From positions 25,095-89,094 of the forward strand of contig JBAXJQ010000002.1 of the NCBI GenBank assembly GCA_037137775.1: a DNA stretch of 64,000 bases, read 5' to 3'. The position numbers and the translations under genes are program-made. Shown here one piece after another: positions 19,302 through 28,445 of this stretch. Numbering within the stretch: the first letter of the stretch is position 1; the number at the start of each line of letters is the position of its first letter. The stretch is from Candidatus Falkowbacteria bacterium. Lineage in GTDB: Bacteria > Patescibacteriota > Patescibacteriia > Patescibacteriales > GWE2-39-37. The notes below the pieces were generated by a model. That model made no database searches and had not been told where the DNA came from. It saw nothing but the letters and a program-made list of their open reading frames with translations.

Positions 19302-20402
19302 TTAAATTCGAATAAATTGCATTCCGCCGATATTACGTACCAGACTCTTAATTTCTAAAAGTGTTAAAGCACTGCCAACCTGTCCGGTAGGCAGTGAAAC
19401 TTGGGTGGAAATTAGGTCAATATGGAGCGGTTCTTGGCTTAGGATAGTTAAAATTGTTTGCTCTTCCTCGCTAAGGTCTTCCGGCATGGTTAACGCAATA
19501 TGAGAATCACTATACTGATTCATGGGCGAAAGGTCAAGGGCAGCTAAAATATCCTCACTAGAAGTGACTGGCGTGGCTCCTTGTTTGATAAGCATATTGG
19601 TGCCGCTTGATTGGTCGGTAAAGATACTACCCGGTACGGCTAAAACCTCTCGACCTTGTTCTAGGGCGAGGTTAGCAGTAATCAAAGAGCCTGATTTTCT
19701 GGAAGCTTCTATTATTATCGTAGCAATTGAGAGGCCGGAGATGATGCGATTGCGCAAGGGGAAGTGGTGGCGCAAGGGTGCAGTGAAGGGTGGAAATTCG
19801 GAAATAACCATGCCGCCATGTTCAACAATAGATTTGGCTAAATGACGATTGGTTGCTGGATAAATAGTTGTTTGGTTAATGCCACAGCCCAGAACGGCAA
19901 TGGTTTTGCCCTTATTTTGGAGTGTGGTTTGATGAGCCAAGGTGTCGATGCCGTAGGCCAAGCCACTCACAATAACTGCACCAGCCTGGGCGGTTTCGCC
20001 AATCAGACGTTCGACGGCCAATTGGCCATAATGACTATATTTGCGGGCACCGACCACGGCCAAACACACCTCTTGCCAGCAGGGTGTGCCTTGATAAAAG
20101 AGTAAAAAAGGCGGTTGACTGATAGTTTTAAGCAGCGTTGGGTATTCGGCTTGGTTTTTTGTAATTAATTGAATATTTTCTGTAGCAATGGTTTTTTCTA
20201 GGCGGGTTAAATTAATGGTTGCGCGGAAGGCAATAAACTCACTCGCTTTGGCTTCATCTATGCCGGCCAAGATTAAAGCTGATTTATTGGCCTTGAATAT
20301 TTTTTCTGGGTCGAACAAAGAATTTGCTAATTTTTCGAGGCTGACACTGCCAAATTTGGGAAAACTGGCCACGGCGGACCAAAAGAGCGTTGACAAATCC
20401 AT
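19302..20402 (-). CDS. dprA: DNA processing protein DprA/Smf
   Basis: Rossmann-like core VVGARKYSHYG...IVSGLAYGIDTLAHQTTL...AVLGCGI...FPLRNRIISGL. Confidence 0.9.
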   Translation of the reverse strand: MDLSTLFWSAVASFPKFGSVSLEKLANSLFDPEKIFKANKSALILAGIDEAKASEFIAFRATINLTRLEKTIATENIQLITKNQAEYPTLLKTISQPPFLLFYQGTPCWQEVCLAVVGARKYSHYGQLAVERLIGETAQAGAVIVSGLAYGIDTLAHQTTLQNKGKTIAVLGCGINQTTIYPATNRHLAKSIVEHGGMVISEFPPFTAPLRHHFPLRNRIISGLSIATIIIEASRKSGSLITANLALEQGREVLAVPGSIFTDQSSGTNMLIKQGATPVTSSEDILAALDLSPMNQYSDSHIALTMPEDLSEEEQTILTILSQEPLHIDLISTQVSLPTGQVGSALTLLEIKSLVRNIGGMQFIRI

Positions 20403-20484
20403 TTATTTACTTAATATTAGCTATAATGTAATTATTTTGGCCAAGATCATTGACATTTGTTTGATTTCGTGATACCATAGAGTA

Positions 20485-20695
20485 TCACTAGTGGCTGAAT
20501 TACTACTTGTTATTGGGTGAGAAACTTAAGTACCTTTCCTCCTTGAGTATTTATTTTTCATAGCCCTTAAACAAGTAGTAACTTGTCCATTAGTTCTGAC
20601 ACCACTTTTATAGTTGAACCGGTCAGATAGCGCAATATCCAATATTCAAGCGCAACAAGATAATGAAAAGAAGGCCACGTGCCTTCTTTTGTGTT
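20485..20695 (+). ncRNA. candidate small RNA (identity unknown), antisense to the orientation of both flanking genes
   Basis: TTGACA (20450-20455), a 17-nt spacer, then TGaTACCAT (20470-20478) upstream. A 12-bp long-range stem pairs 20500-20511 with 20570-20581, with further hairpins. Terminator hairpin plus T-run at 20666-20695. Confidence 0.25.
20666..20695. terminator. hairpin terminator (usable on either strand)
   Basis: AAGAAGGC-CACGT-GCCTTCTT flanked by an A-run and a T-run. It lies 10 nt beyond the pth stop. Confidence 0.7.
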
Positions 20696-20703
20696 GTTTA
20701 AAA

Positions 20704-21237
20704 TTATTCGGTTAACTCTTTTACGGTGGTGCTGATAACTTCGGCCACAATCTTTAATTCGGCCTGGGTAAATTTCTGTAATACAAACTGTTCGACTGAA
20801 CCAAGGGCTGGTGGTGTTTGTCGGATGCCGAGACGGTAGCGAGTAAAATTGTTCGTCCCAATTTGGTCGATTATCGATTGTACACCGTTGTGACCGGCAG
20901 CTCTTGAGCCAAAAGCAATTTTATTTTTGCCCATATCTACATCCAGGTCATCATGTAGAATGATTAGTTGGCAACTCTCGGCAGTGTCTTTTGGATTCAG
21001 TGTGAAGTTGTAAAATTTAAGTAAGGCGGCAACGGCGTGGCCAGAGAGATTCATAAAAGTTTGTGGCTTGGCCAAAACAAAATCGTTGGTCTTGGCAATT
21101 AATGCCTGACCGCGTTTGTTGGTGCGCCATTCGGCACCGAGTTTGATAGCCAAAGCATCCACGGCCATGAAGCCGTAGTTGTGGCGGGTTTGTTCGTATT
21201 GTTTACCTGGATTACCCAAGCCGACGACGAGTTTCAT
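20704..21237 (-). CDS. pth: peptidyl-tRNA hydrolase
   Basis: VGLGNPGKQYEQTRHNYGF and the HNG motif (AAGHNGVQS). Confidence 0.92.
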   Translation of the reverse strand: MKLVVGLGNPGKQYEQTRHNYGFMAVDALAIKLGAEWRTNKRGQALIAKTNDFVLAKPQTFMNLSGHAVAALLKFYNFTLNPKDTAESCQLIILHDDLDVDMGKNKIAFGSRAAGHNGVQSIIDQIGTNNFTRYRLGIRQTPPALGSVEQFVLQKFTQAELKIVAEVISTTVKELTE

Positions 21238-21857
21238 TATAGTTTTGGTTCTGTGGGCTTATTATCAGTGGGTGGTGTTGGTGTCGGTTGTTCAGTTGGT
21301 GGTGTCTTGGTTGTTGGTAATTTAACAATTATCAATCCCACCGCACCAACTAAAATTAAAGTGGCCAGGGCGATGATTGTGCCAATCGATGCGTCGCTTG
21401 TTGGATCGGCTTGAATTTTCTTAACGAGAGGCTCTTGTTCTCCAAGAGGTTCAACCCAGCCTGAAACAGTAGGTGGTGATGGTGGTATAGCTGGTTTCTG
21501 AATTTGCTTTACACCATTTGGGTCGGCCACTGGTTCTTGTAGAAGAATATTTTGTGGAAGTTCGTTAGTGGTGGTGTTAAAGTTGGGATAACCTGGGGGT
21601 GGCAACGGAGAGGGTTCAGGGGCAATTATTGAGTTTGGTTTGTGAATAGGTGATGGTGCTGGTTCATACCTATCCTCACTTACTGCCGAGGTAGGTTCTA
21701 CAATGACCGGTGAGCTGGTTGTTGCATCTGTTGGGTTTGGTAGTCTCTTTAACTTAGTTGGTGAGATGGGTATAAGGTCTGCTAAGGCAATGCTCGTAAA
21801 AATTAAAAATAAGGCGGGCGTTAAAAATAAGGCGAAGGCAAATTTTTGTTTTGTCAT
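21237..21857 (-). CDS. proline-rich bitopic surface protein
   Basis: Signal/TM segment FALFLTPALFLIFTSIALA, a P/T/E-rich body, and a C-terminal TM (IIALATLILVGAVGLIIV) with a PT-rich tail. TAATG overlap with the pth start. Confidence 0.5.
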   Translation of the reverse strand: MTKQKFAFALFLTPALFLIFTSIALADLIPISPTKLKRLPNPTDATTSSPVIVEPTSAVSEDRYEPAPSPIHKPNSIIAPEPSPLPPPGYPNFNTTTNELPQNILLQEPVADPNGVKQIQKPAIPPSPPTVSGWVEPLGEQEPLVKKIQADPTSDASIGTIIALATLILVGAVGLIIVKLPTTKTPPTEQPTPTPPTDNKPTEPKL

Positions 21858-21880
21858 AGTATAAAATTAATATGCTTATA

Positions 21881-22243
21881 TTATAGCATAAGAACCCCGT
21901 AAAGTAGCAAGCCAAAAAGGTATGAGGCAGAATTAAGGCACAGGGAGAGCCAGAAGGCAAAGGCCTTTTTTAGCTTAAGCCAACGAACGAATAGCCATGT
22001 TTCAGACAAAACCACAATTAATTCGAGTAAATTATAAGTAGTGTAACTGTTTGGTAGCCAGTAATAGTTTAGGTTAAGCGTGACAAAAATATTTAAAATC
22101 GGGTTGGTGATGATATTAACCAGCGCTAGACGAATAAAAACATCTTTGGTGCGTGGTAAGAAAAGCCAAGCAATACCGCCTTCGATACCGATGGTAAGGC
22201 CTAGTGGGACAAGAAATTGTTGAAAGAGAAACGTTGTTAGCAT
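21881..22243 (-). CDS. small polytopic membrane protein
   Basis: 120 codons with 3-4 hydrophobic helices. It abuts the upstream gene with no gap. Confidence 0.5.
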   Translation of the reverse strand: MLTTFLFQQFLVPLGLTIGIEGGIAWLFLPRTKDVFIRLALVNIITNPILNIFVTLNLNYYWLPNSYTTYNLLELIVVLSETWLFVRWLKLKKAFAFWLSLCLNSASYLFGLLLYGVLML

Positions 22244-22585
22244 TTATTTTTTTGGCGGTTGGTTGATTGACCCTTGATTTTTCGGAAGTTTATTTCTTTT
22301 TTTAATGTAAAAAAACACTAATAGAGTAATAATTATAAAATCTACAAGTATTATTATATTCTTAATTGTTATTAGTTCTATATAAAATGGCTTTGAATAA
22401 AATGGATCTGGCTCCGCAACCATCCCATCAGTTAAAAGACCACTCTTTTTTGCTTTTTCTTCTGATATTCCCACTCCTGACATCCTTGACCTAGGATCGT
22501 GTGATGGCTCTACGGCCAGAGTAATATGTGGTAAAAAAAATGTTAAGCAAAAAATAAAGCCAATAATTAATGATTTTGTTTTCAT
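22244..22585 (-). CDS. small bitopic secreted protein (signal peptide plus C-terminal TM and basic tail ending PPKK)
   Basis: SLIIGFIFCLTFFLPHITLA signal; C-terminal IIILVDFIIITLLVFFYIKKRNKLPKN...PPKK. Confidence 0.5.
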   Translation of the reverse strand: MKTKSLIIGFIFCLTFFLPHITLAVEPSHDPRSRMSGVGISEEKAKKSGLLTDGMVAEPDPFYSKPFYIELITIKNIIILVDFIIITLLVFFYIKKRNKLPKNQGSINQPPKK

Positions 22586-22623
22586 ATAGATTGTTTGAAA
22601 TAATTAGATTTCAAGTCATGCAT

Positions 22624-22884
22624 TTATTTTTTTGGTGTTTGAATTTGGCTTTTTTGAACATTAGATTTGATTTTTTTAACCACAGCATTAATTCCTAAAT
22701 ATATTAAATAAATGATACCTAAAAAAATGAACAAAAAAATTAAGCCAGACGCTAGATAGATAATCGAAGGGGGAATGTGTAATGCAAAGGCCACTCTTTC
22801 TTGGGGTGTAAAAATAACGTCTGCATGTGAATGAAAGAGCGGGAAGAATAAAGCGAGTAACAAGACCATGATTAATTGTTTCAT
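22624..22884 (-). CDS. small bitopic secreted protein (signal peptide plus C-terminal TM and basic tail ending TPKK)
   Basis: LLLALFFPLFHSHADV signal; C-terminal TM and the KKIKSNVQKSQIQTPKK tail. Confidence 0.5.
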   Translation of the reverse strand: MKQLIMVLLLALFFPLFHSHADVIFTPQERVAFALHIPPSIIYLASGLIFLFIFLGIIYLIYLGINAVVKKIKSNVQKSQIQTPKK

Positions 22885-22888
22885 AGAT

Positions 22889-23962
22889 TTATTTATTTTG
22901 AATAATAAAAAATTTAGGTTTTAAGGCAAGGTAGGCAGCTATTACTGAAATGCTGATGAGTGAAATAATGGAGGTGTGGTTGGTAAAAAATCCGTTGTAT
23001 GGCGTAAAGGCGAGCAGGGAGCCGAGAAGGAGGGCGAGGCAGGTGAGGCCGAAGGCAAAGGCTTCGTGGCCAGGCAATATCTTGGCTAAGCCGGCGAGAG
23101 TGATGGGCATGGTGAATTGGAAAAAGAAGACGCCGATTAGTGCTAGAACGGGCAGGGCGGCACCAAAGGTTAATAGTGGCAAGGCGATGAGTAGTGAAAC
23201 AACCGCAGTTTTCATCCAACCGAAGCGATCGGCCACTGCGCCGCCAAAAGCCTTGCCCAAAACTGTGGTGACGACAAGTGTAATGCCAAGAATTAACTGG
23301 GTTTTCCAGGGAAAGACTAATGCTATGCCAACAAGTGAACGCACGCCGACAATTATTAACAATAACAATATAATGAGTGCAAAATAATTAGTTGGTGGTT
23401 GCGTTTTTGGTTTGTAGGTGAGTTTTGGCGGTTCGAGTTGCCAAATGCCAATGGCCACAATCAAGGCAACCAACCCAGCTGGCCAGGCGATAAGCGTGCC
23501 GGCTTTGCCCACAAAGGTGCCTAGAAATAAGCCAAAGGCGCCAGGAGCTACGAAGATGCCTGGGGCCATAGCAGTACCGGGTTTGATGAGTAGGCTGATT
23601 TGCCCGCCACAGAGATGAAACAAAGCGTTGCCAATGCCGAGACTTAAAGCGATTACAATTAAATTTGCATGCGGATAAAAAAATACGGGCCAAATAGTTA
23701 AGAGTAGTCCTATTAAAGCAATGAACTGTGGCATCTTGAGTTTGTCGACAATTAAACCTAAGGGCGCCTGCAAGCCGAAAGCGAGAATATTGTACCAGAT
23801 AATCAGATTAAACGCAGTGGTGGTATCTAGTTTTTTTAAGGCGATTAGGCTAAAGATGGTGGCCGCACAACAAAAATCTATCAAGGCATGGCTGAGACCA
23901 TAAACTGTGAGCAGGGCGGCCGGGCTAGGTAATTTATTTGTTTGTGCGTTTGTTAATATCAT
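22889..23962 (-). CDS. polytopic membrane transporter-like protein (MFS-like)
   Basis: About 10-12 hydrophobic helices. Loop motif LGKAFGGAVADRFGW resembles the MFS GxxxDRxG motif. Confidence 0.55.
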   Translation of the reverse strand: MILTNAQTNKLPSPAALLTVYGLSHALIDFCCAATIFSLIALKKLDTTTAFNLIIWYNILAFGLQAPLGLIVDKLKMPQFIALIGLLLTIWPVFFYPHANLIVIALSLGIGNALFHLCGGQISLLIKPGTAMAPGIFVAPGAFGLFLGTFVGKAGTLIAWPAGLVALIVAIGIWQLEPPKLTYKPKTQPPTNYFALIILLLLIIVGVRSLVGIALVFPWKTQLILGITLVVTTVLGKAFGGAVADRFGWMKTAVVSLLIALPLLTFGAALPVLALIGVFFFQFTMPITLAGLAKILPGHEAFAFGLTCLALLLGSLLAFTPYNGFFTNHTSIISLISISVIAAYLALKPKFFIIQNK

Positions 23963-24485
23963 TTTGCGTTTTTCTTTTAGCTTTAATTTTGCGGTAAATA
24001 ATTATTGAAGAAATAATAATTATTAATAAAAATAAAATTTGGAAAATTATTTTTCCAAACATAACGCCACCTTGCCAGTCGATATAATTTTCAATAATTT
24101 TAGTTCTAATGGTTGTGACAATAGATTCTTTTTGACAAAAGGTGATTGCCGATTTGTAATAATTTCCCACCCCTTCAACACCTCCATCCCAATCCCAAGG
24201 GCATAAATGATCTTTTGTTTGAATGCAATTAGTATCACTGTTTTTTGAATTTTCTAGTTTGTAGCTAGAACTTAAATCTTTGTGTTCAATTATTCTGTAA
24301 TTGTCATTATTTTCAAGATCGCTGGGGCATAAATTACCTTTTGCACTTTCATCTGGCACACAAACTTGAGAAGATTCAAAAAAAGAACAGTTAGGTGATT
24401 CAGGAAGGTTAGAAGGAATCATAACATCTGCATGACTAAACAAGGGAAAAAATATTGCTGCGAGTAAAAAAAAGAATTTTTTCAT
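23934..24485 (-). CDS. secreted Cys-containing bitopic protein
   Basis: Signal LLAAIFFPLFSHADV (the same motif as in 22624..22884). Ectodomain with about 8 Cys, then a C-terminal TM plus a basic tail. Confidence 0.5.
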   Translation of the reverse strand: MKKFFFLLAAIFFPLFSHADVMIPSNLPESPNCSFFESSQVCVPDESAKGNLCPSDLENNDNYRIIEHKDLSSSYKLENSKNSDTNCIQTKDHLCPWDWDGGVEGVGNYYKSAITFCQKESIVTTIRTKIIENYIDWQGGVMFGKIIFQILFLLIIIISSIIIYRKIKAKRKTQNDINKRTNK

Positions 24486-24600
24486 ATTATATTTTGGCTT
24501 AGTTAATGTTTTAATTTTAGCATTTTAATTAAAAAATATCACTATTTATGATTTGCCTTCGGCGAGTCCTGCCCGGCATAGTAAAACAACATTAAAATCA

Positions 24601-24631
24601 AAAAACCTTACAAAGATGTAAGGTTTTTTTT
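24601..24631. terminator. bidirectional terminator downstream of der
   Basis: AAAAACCTTAC-AAAGAT-GTAAGGTTTTT plus a T-run. Confidence 0.75.
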
Positions 24632-24649
24632 GTATTGTTATGTTTGAAT

Positions 24650-26107
24650 TTATTTATCATCTAAAATCTCTGGGCGGCCGTGGTCTTGGCGGCCGTGCAC
24701 TTTGCGGCCTTTGTTGATCCAGACGAAAATAGGTGTGCCAGTGAAACCGAACTTTTCGCGTAGGCGGTTGGAGATAAAATGGATATAGGAGTCGTGTAAA
24801 CTTTCTTTGTTACCAATGCGCAATTCAAACAATGGTGGATTGGTGGCCTTTTGTTCAAACTTGCGGATGCGAGGGAATATAGTGCCTTTGTCGCGGGTTG
24901 GTTTATGCATCTTGACCAGCTTCATCATAAAGGTATTCAAAATTGATTCGCCAATTTCTTTTTTACGTTCTTCCGCCACCTTAATAATTAAGTCGTATAT
25001 TTGTGTCACCTTACTACCGGTTTTCGCGGACATAAACAAAATTGGCGCCCATTGGATAAATGGTAAACGGCGGTGAACATTTAAGGTATATTTTTTGCGG
25101 TCTTTGGTTTCAACCAAATCCCATTTATTACCAATAATAATCAAGCTTTTTTTGCGGTCGATAATTTCTTCTACAATCTTGGCTTCTTGCATGGTTAGCT
25201 CCTTGCTGATATCGACCATAAGTATGGCGATGTCGGCCTCTTCGATACTGCCGATGGTTTTGACAATGCCTTGTTTCTCTAGAGTGATTTTGTGTTTATA
25301 ATCTTTGCGTACTTGTTGCCCTTTGCGGCTGATACCAGCTGTATCAATAAATCGAAAAAGTGTACCGTTATAGGTAATGAAGGTGTCTTGTGGTTCGCGG
25401 GTGGTGTGTGGAATATCACTGACAATAGCGCGCTCTTCACCGAGAAGTTTGTTGAATAATGTCGATTTGCCCACATTCGGTTGGCCGAGAATAATAATGT
25501 TAATTGCCTCGACATCGGATACGGGTTTTAATTTTGTTTTGATTTTGGATAACTTGTCGACGATAACATCAAGTAAATCGCCGGTACCCGTGCCAGTGAC
25601 AGCGGAGATAGCCTGAGGCTCGCCGAAGTTGATTTGATAATAATTAGCAATCTCATCACGCTGGCGTTTAAAGCTGTCGATTTTGTTCACCACCAGAATA
25701 ACTTTTTTTTGTTGCTCACCTAATTGTTTTTTGATGAGGTTGCCCAAGAGGCGGTCGTCACCAGTTAAACCGGAAAGACCGTCCACGACAAATAGAACCA
25801 CGTCGGCGTCTTCAAGCCACTGTTTGGCCTGGACTTCGATTTTTTGCTGGATTGGATCTGGCGTATCTTTGCGGAATTTTTTTTCTAAAAAACGATCGAG
25901 ATCGATAATGCCACCCGTATCGATTAGTTCGAACGAGGTATTGCGCCAGTCGATTTGGCCACGATTAGTATCACGTGTGGTGCCAGCCAACGGTGAAACC
26001 ATGGCCTGGCGTTTTTCGCGCAAACAGTTGAAGAGTGATGATTTGCCGACATTGGTGCGACCGAAGATAACAACTTGGGGTAGGGCGGCGGATAATTTGG
26101 CAGACAT
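24650..26107 (-). CDS. der: ribosome-associated GTPase Der/EngA
   Basis: Two G-domains (GRTNVGKSSLFN; GQPNVGKSTLFN) and a C-terminal KH-like domain. I place the start at MSAKLS (26107), 1 nt after the upstream stop. Confidence 0.9.
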   Translation of the reverse strand: MSAKLSAALPQVVIFGRTNVGKSSLFNCLREKRQAMVSPLAGTTRDTNRGQIDWRNTSFELIDTGGIIDLDRFLEKKFRKDTPDPIQQKIEVQAKQWLEDADVVLFVVDGLSGLTGDDRLLGNLIKKQLGEQQKKVILVVNKIDSFKRQRDEIANYYQINFGEPQAISAVTGTGTGDLLDVIVDKLSKIKTKLKPVSDVEAINIIILGQPNVGKSTLFNKLLGEERAIVSDIPHTTREPQDTFITYNGTLFRFIDTAGISRKGQQVRKDYKHKITLEKQGIVKTIGSIEEADIAILMVDISKELTMQEAKIVEEIIDRKKSLIIIGNKWDLVETKDRKKYTLNVHRRLPFIQWAPILFMSAKTGSKVTQIYDLIIKVAEERKKEIGESILNTFMMKLVKMHKPTRDKGTIFPRIRKFEQKATNPPLFELRIGNKESLHDSYIHFISNRLREKFGFTGTPIFVWINKGRKVHGRQDHGRPEILDDK

Positions 26108-26108
26108 A

Positions 26109-27671
26109 TTAGTTAGGGTTAGTTGGGGCGACTTGATTAGCAGAGGCGGATTCACCCAAGATTAAAATGAAATCTGGTTGGACTTTGACCGTGCCGGAAG
26201 CACCTTGTTTATTTAGTTCGGCCGTTAGCCAGTTTGGTAACTCTAAACCGATATTTGCGTTGGTTTTTTCTTTAAGTAGTGCCAGCGATTCGATCTTGGC
26301 TTGGTTGGTTAAATCGTAGATGACCGAGGTTTGGTAGTTACGTTGCGCAGCATTTTTTATATTTATCACATCAAAACCATACTGTTCGATATCGGTTGAC
26401 ACTTTACTAGCCAAACCATTCACCCAGGTGCCATTACGCACCTCGACCGTGGCTTGGTCTTTAATAACCATGGCTTTGGTTTCGGCGGGTGCATTGGCAA
26501 AAATATTTTCAATCATGTATTGAATCTGGCTGAAGTCGCCACTGCGAGGCACGAGGAGATAGGCGCCATCCTCGCCAGTCTTATCCATCAAAAGGCCGTC
26601 GGCACTGTTATCTAGCACTTTATTGACGATTTGACCGCGGGGAACTTCTTTGAAAAGTGTCCAAAATTTTATTACCTCCCAAGCTTCGAAGTTGGTGGAA
26701 ACGTGCTCTTGATAGGTGTTAAATAATCGACCAATTAAAGCTGGGTTTAAAAAAGTGGAGGCGGAGAATAATTTATCTTTAACTGCTTCGATGATTTTTT
26801 GCTGGCGTTTGGCGCGGGCAAAATCAGAACCTTCTTTGCCAACACCATGACGTGAGCGAGCGAACTTAAGTGCGAGCGAGCCGTCCATGTGTTGCAAGCC
26901 TGGATCAAAATGCAGATGTTCGTAGCGGGAGTAATAATTTTTGGCATCTTCCATGCCGAGTACTGGATAACTGTAATCGTCTAATGTATTATCAACAGTA
27001 ACGTCTACACCTCCAAGTTCATCAATGACTTTGGCAAAGCCTTCAAAATCGACACGGGCGTAATAATCAATCGGCACTTTAAACAATTCGCCAATCGCCT
27101 GACTAGCGGCTTGGGCACCGGAACCAGGGTTTTCTTTTTCTGCCAAAGCGCCGATAGCATTGATTTTGCGCCAGCCATTGTCTTCTATTGGCACGTACAA
27201 ATCGCGCGGTATAGAAATCATGGAAACTTGCTTCGTGGATGGCTTGAGGCTGATTAACATTATCGTATCAGTCAGGTAACCGCCATCATGCCCTTTACCA
27301 CCTACACCCAATAGCAAAACGTTGATTCGGTCACGATTCTCACCCTTGATTGGTCGGTCTGAACTGATAGCTAATTTAGCTAATTGACCGACCGCACCGA
27401 GGTTGTTAAGCCAGCTAAAAACACCACCGGATTGGTCTGAAGTCTTTAACGCACCTTGGCTGGCAAAAAACCACAAGGCAACACCACAAAAGACAATCAA
27501 AAATAATAAAGTTTTGGCTAGTCGTTTTGGCCAACGGCGGGGCTTTTTTTCCTTTTTTTTACTTGGCTCGACTGGATGCTCTACTTGATGGTGTATTTGA
27601 TGTTTTCCCTCAACTACAATAACATCCTGTTTTTGGGATTCAAGAGCTTCTTTTTCTATGGGTAAAGGCAT
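26109..27671 (-). CDS. LytR-CpsA-Psr (LCP) family cell-envelope phosphotransferase
   Basis: N-terminal TM, INVLLLGVGGKGHDGGYLTDTIMLISL...ISIPRDLYV, and a C-terminal LytR_C-like domain (VEVRNGTWVNGLASKV). Confidence 0.85.
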   Translation of the reverse strand: MPLPIEKEALESQKQDVIVVEGKHQIHHQVEHPVEPSKKKEKKPRRWPKRLAKTLLFLIVFCGVALWFFASQGALKTSDQSGGVFSWLNNLGAVGQLAKLAISSDRPIKGENRDRINVLLLGVGGKGHDGGYLTDTIMLISLKPSTKQVSMISIPRDLYVPIEDNGWRKINAIGALAEKENPGSGAQAASQAIGELFKVPIDYYARVDFEGFAKVIDELGGVDVTVDNTLDDYSYPVLGMEDAKNYYSRYEHLHFDPGLQHMDGSLALKFARSRHGVGKEGSDFARAKRQQKIIEAVKDKLFSASTFLNPALIGRLFNTYQEHVSTNFEAWEVIKFWTLFKEVPRGQIVNKVLDNSADGLLMDKTGEDGAYLLVPRSGDFSQIQYMIENIFANAPAETKAMVIKDQATVEVRNGTWVNGLASKVSTDIEQYGFDVINIKNAAQRNYQTSVIYDLTNQAKIESLALLKEKTNANIGLELPNWLTAELNKQGASGTVKVQPDFILILGESASANQVAPTNPN

Positions 27672-27781
27672 AAATATAGGAGAATATTAAAAAATAAGGC
27701 AAAAACTAGCGGCGCTTTAGCCGGCCTTATAACCTTCATTATAATAATAAGAACGGTTTTTGGCAAGGGCTAACTAGGGGG

Positions 27782-27810
27782 TTGCATCAAAGGCTTCTTA
27801 GTGGTATAAT
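27782..27810 (+). promoter_or_regulatory. sigma-70-type promoter for lepB
   Basis: TTGCAT, a 17-nt spacer, then TATAAT with an extended -10 (TGGTATAAT at 27802-27810). Confidence 0.55.
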
Positions 27811-27866
27811 TCTTTCGAGCCATTTGATAAATCGGCTTATAATTTATTTAATATATATACTCGTGT

Positions 27867-28433
27867 ATGGTAAAAAACTTTTTTGCCAATGTTCTTGAAT
27901 TAGTAAAGATTATTATTATTGCCGCTTTAATTATATTCCCGATTCGCTGGCTGGTCATCCAGCCATTTTATGTTAAAGGTGCCTCCATGGAGCCGAATTT
28001 TTATGACAAAGAGTATTTGATTATTGACGAGATCAGTTATCGTTTTAATCAACCACAACGAGGCGATATTGTGGTATTCCGTTACCCCAAGGATCCGCAA
28101 GAGTATTTTATTAAGCGCGTTATCGGACTACCGGGAGAAAAAGTACAGTTAAAGAATGGCGATATTTATATTACTGCCAAGGGAAAAACCGAAGAGGTGA
28201 AATTGGACGAACCGTATTTGCCGGTTGATCTAAAAACATATAGCCTAAATGAAGAGCCAGTTGAACTTGGCCCTAGTCAGTATTTTTTCCTGGGCGACAA
28301 TCGTAACGCCTCTAAAGATTCCCGTTACTTCGGTCCGGTAGATAAGAGTTTTGTTATCGGTAAGGTTTGGCTGCGGGGTTGGCCCTTTGATCGTGCCAAA
28401 GTCTTTCACATGCAACAATATAACTTTCAATAA
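27867..28433 (+). CDS. lepB: signal peptidase I
   Basis: GASMEPN (Ser box), KRVIGLPGE (Lys box), GDNRNASKDSRYFG. Confidence 0.92.
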   Translation: MVKNFFANVLELVKIIIIAALIIFPIRWLVIQPFYVKGASMEPNFYDKEYLIIDEISYRFNQPQRGDIVVFRYPKDPQEYFIKRVIGLPGEKVQLKNGDIYITAKGKTEEVKLDEPYLPVDLKTYSLNEEPVELGPSQYFFLGDNRNASKDSRYFGPVDKSFVIGKVWLRGWPFDRAKVFHMQQYNFQ

Positions 28434-28445
28434 CGAATAGTGCTT

